From positions 1-61,922 of the forward strand of contig CAKTYF010000001.1 in NCBI GenBank assembly GCA_934631995.1: 61,922 nt of DNA, written 5' to 3'. Within the stretch, counting starts at the first letter, position 1. Every line of letters starts with the position of its first letter. The notes under the pieces are model-generated. The model worked only from the letters and a program-made list of their open reading frames with translations. It was not told the DNA's origin and ran no database searches. The position numbers and the translations under genes are program-made. Origin of the DNA: an uncultured Eggerthellaceae bacterium. GTDB taxonomy: Bacteria > Actinomycetota > Coriobacteriia > Coriobacteriales > Eggerthellaceae. Below are positions 16,651 through 25,171 of this stretch, in pieces.

Positions 16651-19572
16651 ATGCGCAAATCTTCGAATCAGAACAGAAAAGAGCACGTTGAACAGGTAAA
16701 ACGCCTTTCTCGTATTGCGCTTTTAAGTGCGGTTGCGCTTGTGTTGAGCTTTGTGGAAACTATGATTCCCCTGCCAATTGCGTTCCCCGGTTTCAAGCTT
16801 GGTCTTGCAAATGTTGCTGTCTTAGTGGCGCTTTATGCAACCGATGCAAAAAGCGCAGTCTGCGTTGCTGCCGTTAAAGTGGCTGCGGCGGGATTCCTGT
16901 TCGGTTCACCCACTATGCTTGTCTATAGCGCATCGGGAACGCTGCTTGCTTTTTTAGGAATGTGGATTTTCTCTCGCGTGAGCTGGCTCGATGTTGTTCC
17001 CGTGAGCATGCTTGCCTCGCTTTTGCATGTGGCGGGGCAACTGTGCGCCGCTGCCGCGTTTCTTGCAAGCCCTGCTGTTTTGATAAACGTGCTTCCTTTA
17101 GGCGTTGCTGCTTGCGTTACCGGGTTTCTAACAGGCATGGTGGCTCGGGGCGTTCTGAACAATTTCGCGGTGCAAAATCAGACCGAACGAATGCCGGTTG
17201 ACTTATCGAATCTTGATATTTCTCCTGGCCAACTTGTTGCTTTCGTGGGAAGAAACGGAAGCGGAAAAACAACAGCGGCGCTGCAACTTGCGGGGCTGCT
17301 TGAGCAAGAGGACGGTTCCTTTTGCCTTGCTTCGGGCGATGCGTTGGTGGGTATTTCAAAAGATGCAGCGAAGAGCGCGCCGGAAAGCGCGCAGGCGGCG
17401 TACGATTTGAGCACGGCAAGGGCGGGAATTGCATTCCAAGATCCCGATGATCAAATTGTTGCGCTTTTGGTTGCAGATGACGTTGCGTTCGGTCCCGAGA
17501 ATCGCGGCATAAGCAGGGAAGAAATGCAAGATATTGTCTGCGCAAGCTTGAAGCAGGTGGGGCTTGTCGGACTGGAGGGGCATCCTATTGACCGGCTTTC
17601 GGGTGGCCAAAAGCAACGCGTTGCCGCGGCGGGGCTTCTTGCTTGCTCTTTTCCGATGCTTATTTTTGACGAAACAAGCGCCATGTTGGATAAACAGGCG
17701 CGCGCCGAGCTCATGGGTGCGTTTCGCGGGCTTTGCCGGCAGGGTATTGCGGTTGTTCTTGTTACGCAACTTGTGGAGGAAGCATTTCAGGCGGACAAGA
17801 TCGTGGTCTTTTCGGAAGGCGCTCTTGTGGCGCAGGGTGCGCCCTCTGAACTGGAAAAACAAGAGAGTGCTTTTCTTTCGTGGGGGCTTGAGCTCCCGAA
17901 ACGTCGCCAGCCTGTGCGGGGAATAACGCCGCAGCAGGCGTATTCCGCTGCTTCAGCCGCATCTGCTTCCCCGCGTGCGGCTGCGAAGAGTGCGCAGGAA
18001 GAAAAAACGCCGCTTCTTTCATGCGAAAAACTCTCTTTATCGTATGAAACGGGCAGCGTGGCGCATCGGGGCGTGTCGTGCCGGGGGCAAGATACGGAAA
18101 ACATCGCGAACGCTTTTGTTCTAGCGGACTTCAGCCTTTCTCTTTATCCGGGTCAGGTGGTGGCTCTTACGGGCTGTTCTGGCAGCGGGAAAACAACGTT
18201 GCTCCGTGCCCTGGCGGGCGAGCTAACCCCCGTGCAAGGCGCGATTTTCGTTTGCGGTGAAAACTATTGGAGCGATAAAAGAACCGTTTCGCCCGATGAG
18301 CGTCGTTTTCTGTTTGCGCAAAATGTTGGAATGTGTCCCCAGATGCCCGAGAGGGCGCTTTTTGCAAAAACGGCGTTTGAAGACGTTGCTTTTGGCGCCC
18401 GCAATAAAGGTATGACGGGCGCGCAGCTGGAATCGGCGGTTTGCGATGCGCTTGAGTTGTTTCATTTGGACCCCGAACGCGCACGCACGCAGGCGTCTTG
18501 TTCGTATTCGGGCGGAGAACAGCGGCGCATAGCCCTTGCTTCCGTTTTTGCCTGCCAGCCAAAGGTCTTGCTTTTGGATGAGCCCACGGCGGGGTTGGAT
18601 CCCGTTGAGCGAGAATCGCTTATGGCGGCTCTTATGGAGTTTGCTGCGGCGGGCGGTGCGGTTTTGTTTTCGACGCATGATGAATTTTTTGCTCGCAGAA
18701 GCGCGTTGCGCGTTGTTTGCTTGGATGAACCTGCGGCGGGCGCTTCTGAAGGCGCTGTGTCCAACGGCGCGGCTTCAGGTCAGGTTACGCAGTCTTGCTC
18801 GGATAACCCTTCGAAGCCCCTTCCGTTTGGCGTGTTTCGCGAGAGCAACTCTTTTGCGCACCAATTGCATCCAGCTACCAAAATCGTATTCTGCCTGTTT
18901 TTGATGGTGGGCGGTTTTTGTTTGAGCGGACCTATTGGCATGGGCGCCTTGGCGTCTGTCAGTGTGGCCTCTCTCCTTGCTGCTCGTATTTCAATGCGTC
19001 AAACAGGGGCTATCATCAGGCCGTTTTTGCCGTTGTTGGTGTTTGTTGCCGCATTTAATCTTCTTTTTTCGGAGCAGCTTTTTTGCGTGAGCGCCGCTTC
19101 TTTTGTTCTTGCGGCAGAAAACCTCCTTCGGTTTGTTTGCGTGCTTTTGGGATCATCCACGCTCATGTACACAACGTCTCCTACTGCGTTATCCGATGGC
19201 GTGTATCTTCTAGCTTCGCCGTTCTCGCGACGTCGGTGCAAAATTGACGATGCTGCCTGTGCTTTAGGGCTGACCTTCCGTTTCACCACGGTGTTGGTTG
19301 ATGAATTCTACCAGGTAAGAAACGCGCAGCAGGCAAAAATGGCACGTTTCGATGGCCCGCTGGTGCAGCGCTTGCGTGCGCTGGTTCCGGTGCTCACGGT
19401 GCTTTTTGTGCGAGCTTTGCGGCGCTCTGACACGTTGGCGTTGTCGTTGATTAATCGCGGGTATGGTATGGGTCAGAAAAGGTCGTGTTATCGGGTGTAT
19501 TGTTTTGGTTGGCGCGATGTAATTGCGCTCGCGCTGGGCGCGTTGCTTGTCGTTTTGGCGGTTGTTCTGTAG
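16651..19572 (+). CDS. Fused Gx-transporter (Hpre_diP_synt_I-like) / EcfA / EcfA' / EcfT single-polypeptide ECF-type transporter
   Basis: ~973 aa with N-terminal TM helices. Two ABC cassettes (GRNGSGKTT, LSGGQKQR, LIFDETSAMLD; GCSGSGKTT, YSGGEQRR, LLLDEPTAGLD) and a C-terminal EcfT-like TM domain. The ATG at 16651 was chosen after the NusG_II stop. Confidence 0.8.
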   Translation: MRKSSNQNRKEHVEQVKRLSRIALLSAVALVLSFVETMIPLPIAFPGFKLGLANVAVLVALYATDAKSAVCVAAVKVAAAGFLFGSPTMLVYSASGTLLAFLGMWIFSRVSWLDVVPVSMLASLLHVAGQLCAAAAFLASPAVLINVLPLGVAACVTGFLTGMVARGVLNNFAVQNQTERMPVDLSNLDISPGQLVAFVGRNGSGKTTAALQLAGLLEQEDGSFCLASGDALVGISKDAAKSAPESAQAAYDLSTARAGIAFQDPDDQIVALLVADDVAFGPENRGISREEMQDIVCASLKQVGLVGLEGHPIDRLSGGQKQRVAAAGLLACSFPMLIFDETSAMLDKQARAELMGAFRGLCRQGIAVVLVTQLVEEAFQADKIVVFSEGALVAQGAPSELEKQESAFLSWGLELPKRRQPVRGITPQQAYSAASAASASPRAAAKSAQEEKTPLLSCEKLSLSYETGSVAHRGVSCRGQDTENIANAFVLADFSLSLYPGQVVALTGCSGSGKTTLLRALAGELTPVQGAIFVCGENYWSDKRTVSPDERRFLFAQNVGMCPQMPERALFAKTAFEDVAFGARNKGMTGAQLESAVCDALELFHLDPERARTQASCSYSGGEQRRIALASVFACQPKVLLLDEPTAGLDPVERESLMAALMEFAAAGGAVLFSTHDEFFARRSALRVVCLDEPAAGASEGAVSNGAASGQVTQSCSDNPSKPLPFGVFRESNSFAHQLHPATKIVFCLFLMVGGFCLSGPIGMGALASVSVASLLAARISMRQTGAIIRPFLPLLVFVAAFNLLFSEQLFCVSAASFVLAAENLLRFVCVLLGSSTLMYTTSPTALSDGVYLLASPFSRRRCKIDDAACALGLTFRFTTVLVDEFYQVRNAQQAKMARFDGPLVQRLRALVPVLTVLFVRALRRSDTLALSLINRGYGMGQKRSCYRVYCFGWRDVIALALGALLVVLAVVL

Positions 19573-19793
19573 GGCAACGGCGCGCCTGCTCCTTCCGTTC
19601 CTCGGATTTCCCCCTAGTGCTTACCGTTTAACTTCCCGTTTTCCAGGTTCAATTTCGCGGAAACATGGTATAGATATCTGTATTTTCTATGCTACTGGTG
19701 TTTGCTGGTCGGACAGATGCGTGGCCTATGAGAATAATACAGGAATGCACTGCGCACTTGAGACGCTTAAAGCAAACAGAAGGGAAGACCGTC

Positions 19794-22700
19794 ATGAGCG
19801 AGATTAAGCACATCAAGAGGGTCCTTGTTGCCAACCGAGGCGAGATTGCGATTCGCATCATTCGCGCTTGCAAAGAGTTGGGCATCAGAACCATCGCGAT
19901 TTATTCGGAGGAGGACAAGACTGCCCTGTTCCGAACAAAGGCCGATGAAGCGTACCAGATTGGCAAGGGAAAGGCTCCCGTTGCCGCGTATCTTGCTATC
20001 GATGAGATCATTGCTCTGGCAAAGGCGAAAGGCGCTGACGCAATTCATCCTGGCTATGGTTTCTTGTCTGAGAATCCCGATTTCGCGCAGGCATGCGAGA
20101 ACGCGGGCATTGAGTTCATTGGCCCCACTTCGCACATGATGAACCAGCTGGGCGATAAGATTCAGTCGAAGATCGTTGCCGATGAAGTGGGCGTTCCTAC
20201 CATTCCGGGTGTCGAAAAGGCAATCGAAAGCGATCAGGAAGCTATCGATTTCGCAAACAAATGCGGCTACCCCATTATCTTGAAGGCAGCAGCGGGCGGC
20301 GGCGGACGCGGTATGCGCGTTGTGCGCGACCAGGCCAATTTGCTGAACGAGTACCACACCGCAAAGAGCGAAGCGGCAAAAGCGTTCGGCAACGACGACA
20401 TTTTCATTGAGAAATACATCGAGAACCCCAAGCACATTGAGGTTCAGATTCTGGGCGACAAATACGGCAACATCGTGCATCTTTTTGAGCGCGACTGCTC
20501 CATTCAGCGCCGCCACCAGAAGGTTATCGAGTTCACGCCTTCTTTGTGCCTGACCGAGGAGCAGCGCCAGTCTATCTGCGAAGATGCTCTGAAAATCGCG
20601 CGCTTCGTGAACTATCGCAGCGCGGGTACCGTGGAGTTCTTGCTGGACAAAGACGGCAACCATTACTTCATTGAGATGAATCCGCGCATTCAGGTAGAGC
20701 ACACCGTGACCGAATGCGTTACGGGCATCGACATCGTGCAAGACCAGATTCTTATTGCGCAAGGCTATGCGCTTGACTCCGATGAGATCAACATTCCTTC
20801 GCAGGAAAGCATTTCGGTGCGCGGTTATGCCATTCAGTGCCGCATTACCACGGAAGATCCCGCTATGGGCTTCATTCCCGACACGGGCTTTTTGGAGCTG
20901 TACCGCACTGCTTCTGGCAATGGCATTCGCTTGGACGGCGGCAACGGCTTCACCGGTTCCACCATTTCGCCGTATTACGACAGCTTGCTGGTAAAGGTGT
21001 CTGCTTACGCTAACCGCTTTGACGATGCCCGTCGCAAGGCCATTCGTGCGCTGGAAGAAGCCGAGATCAAGGGCATCAAAACGAACACGGCGTTCATTTT
21101 AAACGTGCTCAATCACCCCACGTTCATTGCGGGCAACTGCGACACGGGCTTCATTGAGGCCAACCCCGAGCTTACGACCATTCGCCCGATGATTGACCGC
21201 GAAGTCAAGGTGCTCAACCATATTGGCAACGTGGTGGTCAACCAGACGCATGGCAAGAAGCCGAACTTCAACGTGCCCACGTACCCCGAGATTCCGAAAG
21301 AGACCATTGCTTCTTTGAGCGGCACCAAGCAGATGCTTGACGAGCATGGCCCCGAGTACGTGTCGAAATGGGTGCTTGACCAGAAGAAACTGCTTATCAC
21401 CGATACCACCATGCGTGATGCGCATCAGTCCCTTATGGCCACGCGCATGAGGACCGTCGACATGGTGAAGATCGCTCCCGCGGTTGCGCTGTACGAGAAA
21501 GACGCGTTCTCGCTGGAAATGTGGGGCGGCGCAACGTTCGACACGGCGTATCGCTTCCTGAAGGAATCGCCGTGGCGTCGTTTGGAAATGCTGCGCGAGC
21601 TTATCCCCAACGTTGCATTCCAAATGCTGCTGCGCGGCGCGAATGCGGTGGGTTACAAGAACTACCCCGACAACGTGATTCGCGAGTTCGTGAAGCAGTC
21701 CGCGAAGGATGGCATTGACGTTTTCCGCGTGTTTGACTCGCTGAACTGGATTCCTGGTATGGAAGTCGCGCTGGACGAAGTGCTCAACCAGGGCAAAATT
21801 GCCGAGGCAACCATTTGCTACACGGGCGACATTCTGGATGCCAGCCGCGAGAAGTACAACTTGGATTACTACATTCGCATGGCACGCGAGCTGGAGAAGC
21901 GCGGTGCGCATATTATTGGCATTAAGGATATGTCGGGCCTGTTGAAGCCGAATGCTGCTTATCGCTTGATTCGTGCTTTGAAGGACGAAATCGCACTGCC
22001 TATTCATTTGCATACGCATGACACCAGCGGTAATGGCGTGGCAACGTGCCTGATGGCAGCGCAAGCTGGCGTTGATATCATCGACGCAGCCATTAGCAGC
22101 ATGTCTGGTTTGACTTCGCAGCCTTCGCTGAACTCCATTATTGCGGCGCTTGAGCGCAGCGAACGCGATACGGGCATTGACTTGGATGGCTTGCAGGTTA
22201 TTGCCGATTACTGGTCGGATGTACGTCCGGTGTATAAGGATTTCGAGTCCGATTTGCAGGCAGCATCTGCGGAAATCTACAAGTACGAGATTCCGGGCGG
22301 TCAGTACACCAACCTGAAACCTCAGGTGGAAAGCTTTGGTTTGGGACACAAGTTCCAAGAAGTCAAGGATATGTACAAGTCCGTCAACATGATGCTGGGC
22401 GACATTGTGAAGGTTACGCCTTCTTCCAAGGCGGTTGGCGATATGGCTATCTTCATGGTGCAAAACGATTTGACGCCCGAGAACATTTTGGAGAAGGGCA
22501 AATCGCTTGACTTCCCTGATTCCATTGTGTCGTTCTTCGAGGGCATGATGGGTCAGCCTGAAGGCGGATTCCCTGCTGATCTGCAGAAAGTTGTTTTGAA
22601 AGATCGCAAGCCCATTACGTGCCGTCCAGGCGAATTGCTTGATCCGGAAGACTTCGAGTACATTTCGAACGGGCTGTATGAGCACTTTGGCCTGGAGCCC

Positions 22701-23237
22701 GATATGCACCACATTATCAGCTACGCCATGTATCCCAAGGTTTATACGGATTACATGACCGCACTGAGCAAAGATGGTCGCTTCAGCATGATGGGCTCCG
22801 ACGTGTTCTTCCATGGTCTGCGCGAAGGCGAGACGAGCGAAGTCATGCTGGAAGAAGGACGAATCCTGGTCATTCGCCTTGTTGAGATTCATGAGCCCGA
22901 TAAGGAAGGCTACCGCGACGTTGATTTCGAGGTCGATGGAAATCGTCGTAGCGTGCGCATTAAAGATGATGCTGCGGCTGCTGTTGTTTCCGGTGCATCG
23001 CAGCGCATTGCCGACGAGAACAACGATATGGAAGTGGGCGCGAACATTCCGGGCAACATCGTGAAGGTGCTGGTGCGCGTGGGCGAAGTTGTCGAAGAGG
23101 GCCAGCCGATTGCCGTTATTGAAGCAATGAAGATGGAGACGAACATCATTGCCAAGGCTGCGGGCGAGATTGAAGAGGTTTTTGTCAAGGCTGGCGACCA
23201 GGTTAAAGCTGGTCAGCTGATTGCCACGTTAAAGTAA
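19794..23237 (+). CDS. pyc: Pyruvate carboxylase
   Basis: 1147 aa from the internal ATG (MSEIKHIKRVLVANRGEIAIR). It has a biotin carboxylase domain, a carboxyltransferase domain and a biotinyl motif EAMKMET. Confidence 0.9.
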   Translation: MSEIKHIKRVLVANRGEIAIRIIRACKELGIRTIAIYSEEDKTALFRTKADEAYQIGKGKAPVAAYLAIDEIIALAKAKGADAIHPGYGFLSENPDFAQACENAGIEFIGPTSHMMNQLGDKIQSKIVADEVGVPTIPGVEKAIESDQEAIDFANKCGYPIILKAAAGGGGRGMRVVRDQANLLNEYHTAKSEAAKAFGNDDIFIEKYIENPKHIEVQILGDKYGNIVHLFERDCSIQRRHQKVIEFTPSLCLTEEQRQSICEDALKIARFVNYRSAGTVEFLLDKDGNHYFIEMNPRIQVEHTVTECVTGIDIVQDQILIAQGYALDSDEINIPSQESISVRGYAIQCRITTEDPAMGFIPDTGFLELYRTASGNGIRLDGGNGFTGSTISPYYDSLLVKVSAYANRFDDARRKAIRALEEAEIKGIKTNTAFILNVLNHPTFIAGNCDTGFIEANPELTTIRPMIDREVKVLNHIGNVVVNQTHGKKPNFNVPTYPEIPKETIASLSGTKQMLDEHGPEYVSKWVLDQKKLLITDTTMRDAHQSLMATRMRTVDMVKIAPAVALYEKDAFSLEMWGGATFDTAYRFLKESPWRRLEMLRELIPNVAFQMLLRGANAVGYKNYPDNVIREFVKQSAKDGIDVFRVFDSLNWIPGMEVALDEVLNQGKIAEATICYTGDILDASREKYNLDYYIRMARELEKRGAHIIGIKDMSGLLKPNAAYRLIRALKDEIALPIHLHTHDTSGNGVATCLMAAQAGVDIIDAAISSMSGLTSQPSLNSIIAALERSERDTGIDLDGLQVIADYWSDVRPVYKDFESDLQAASAEIYKYEIPGGQYTNLKPQVESFGLGHKFQEVKDMYKSVNMMLGDIVKVTPSSKAVGDMAIFMVQNDLTPENILEKGKSLDFPDSIVSFFEGMMGQPEGGFPADLQKVVLKDRKPITCRPGELLDPEDFEYISNGLYEHFGLEPDMHHIISYAMYPKVYTDYMTALSKDGRFSMMGSDVFFHGLREGETSEVMLEEGRILVIRLVEIHEPDKEGYRDVDFEVDGNRRSVRIKDDAAAAVVSGASQRIADENNDMEVGANIPGNIVKVLVRVGEVVEEGQPIAVIEAMKMETNIIAKAAGEIEEVFVKAGDQVKAGQLIATLK

Positions 23238-23271
23238 GTATTGCCAGGTGCCCGAATGGGGCGTCTGCTGA

Positions 23272-23316
23272 CGAAAGCCACCTGGGGCATGTTGCCACGG
23301 GCGGCTTTCGCTTTTT
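23272..23316 (+). terminator. Putative terminator after pyc
   Basis: cgaaagcc...ggctttcg stem followed by cttttt. Confidence 0.5.
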
Positions 23317-23494
23317 CGGACGAATGTTGCGGCGCGATTGCTGCTGATGCTGCGATTGGTGGCGGCTGACGGCGCGGCTGGTGCGGCCGGCGGCGCCGAG
23401 GCTGCGAGCAGGGGCGAATCGCGCGGTTGCGATGCGGCTGGCGCGGGCGGACTGTGCGGCTGCGTAGCTGCGACCAACGAACAAAAGGATATCT

Positions 23495-25171
23495 ATGAGT
23501 GAGAGAGACATCATCTATGTGACGGGGCACAGGCACCCCGATACCGACTCGGTAGCGGCGGCGATTGCCTACGCCTTCTTCAAGAAAACCATGGGGCAGC
23601 GCGCGGTGGCTTGTCGTTTGGGCGCGCTAAACGCCGAATCGAAGTACTTGCTGGATCGTTTTGGCTTTTCGGAGCCGCTCCTTTTGACGGATGCGCGCGT
23701 GCGCATGGACGAGATAAAGCTTGATCCCGTTATGAGCATCGGGCAGGGTGCGACCATTCTTGAAGCAATGGAGCACATGCAAAAAGAGGATCGCACGTAT
23801 TGCGGCGTGGTGGATGAAGAAGGCCGCTTGCTGGGTCTTGTTACGAAAAATGATATGGGTTCGGTCGGCTTGGGTGACACCGATCTTGACCGAGGACTTT
23901 TGGCGAATACGTCCGTCAAGAATATCGCAAAAGCAATAAACGGCACTGTCATCTGCGATAACGATGAAAAGCACTTGAATGGTCGTGTGTCGTTCATTGC
24001 GCAAACGTCCGATGCGAACCTTGATCGTTACGATATTCGCGACCGCATTGTTATCATTGGTAACGATGCGAATGCGCAGCGTCAGGTCATTAAAAACGGT
24101 GCAGGCTTGCTTATTGTTGTGTGGACAGGCGGCATTGAGGACGATGTGGTGGCGCTTGCTTCTGAACACCATTGTCCCATTATCGTTTCCGGTCACGGCG
24201 GCATGAACACGTCGCGCTATCTGTACTGCGCTCCTTCGGTTGATCAGATTATGACACCGCTGGATAAGCTTGTGGTGTTCAAGGGAAACGAGCTTGCCGA
24301 AGATGTTGCGGCAAAAATGCTGAAGAGTCGCTATCACGTATACCCGGTGGTGGATGCCGAGCAGCGCTTGATTGGCTATGCTTCCCGTTATCACATCATG
24401 AACTGCGAAAACAAGCAGATTATCATGGTTGATCACAACGAGTTCTCGCAATCGGTCCGCGCAATTGAGAAGGCGCGCGTGCTGGAGGTTATCGATCATC
24501 ACCGCATCAACGACTTCTCGTCGCTGCGTCCGGTGTCGTTCAGAAATGAGATTGTTGGTAGTACGTCTACCATTATCGCGACGATTTTCCGCGAAAACCA
24601 GATTCCTATCCCGCAGAACCTTGCCGGCCTTTTGCTGGGTGCGCTGTTGTCTGACACCATGGACTTCTTGTCGCCCACAACCACCGAGAAGGACCGCAAA
24701 ACTGCCGACATTCTGGCCGCGCTGGCAGACGTTGACCTGGAGGACTTCGCGCGCGACATGTTTACCGTGACCGCGAACACCGAAGGTAAAACGGTGAGCG
24801 AAATGATCAACCAGGATGTGAAGGTATACGACATTCACGGCTGCAAGACGTCGATTTCCCAGATTGTTGTGCCGTCGGCTAAGCAGCTGCCGTTTGAACC
24901 GAACGCTATCCAGCAGGATTTGGAAGTGTATGCGGGCAAAAAGCAGTTTGACCTGGCAGTTGCTGTGTTTACGAGCATTCTTGATAACGGTTCCGTTGTG
25001 TATGCAGCGGGAAATCGCGCTCCTTGGGCATCCGAGGCGTTTCCTGACCCATCCGTTTGCGCAGAAGAACAGGTCGAACAGACGGAAGAGCATCCGTTCC
25101 AGCCCGAGCTTTTGTCGCGTAAGCAGCAGATTTTGCCCCGTTTGAGCGAGATTATCGCGCAATATCAGTAA
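23495..25171 (+). CDS. CBS/DRTGG-domain family II (DHH-DHHA2) putative inorganic pyrophosphatase
   Basis: 558 aa with motifs GHRHPDTDS and VIDHHRIN, a CBS pair in the middle and a DHHA2 C-terminus. Confidence 0.8.
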   Translation: MSERDIIYVTGHRHPDTDSVAAAIAYAFFKKTMGQRAVACRLGALNAESKYLLDRFGFSEPLLLTDARVRMDEIKLDPVMSIGQGATILEAMEHMQKEDRTYCGVVDEEGRLLGLVTKNDMGSVGLGDTDLDRGLLANTSVKNIAKAINGTVICDNDEKHLNGRVSFIAQTSDANLDRYDIRDRIVIIGNDANAQRQVIKNGAGLLIVVWTGGIEDDVVALASEHHCPIIVSGHGGMNTSRYLYCAPSVDQIMTPLDKLVVFKGNELAEDVAAKMLKSRYHVYPVVDAEQRLIGYASRYHIMNCENKQIIMVDHNEFSQSVRAIEKARVLEVIDHHRINDFSSLRPVSFRNEIVGSTSTIIATIFRENQIPIPQNLAGLLLGALLSDTMDFLSPTTTEKDRKTADILAALADVDLEDFARDMFTVTANTEGKTVSEMINQDVKVYDIHGCKTSISQIVVPSAKQLPFEPNAIQQDLEVYAGKKQFDLAVAVFTSILDNGSVVYAAGNRAPWASEAFPDPSVCAEEQVEQTEEHPFQPELLSRKQQILPRLSEIIAQYQ

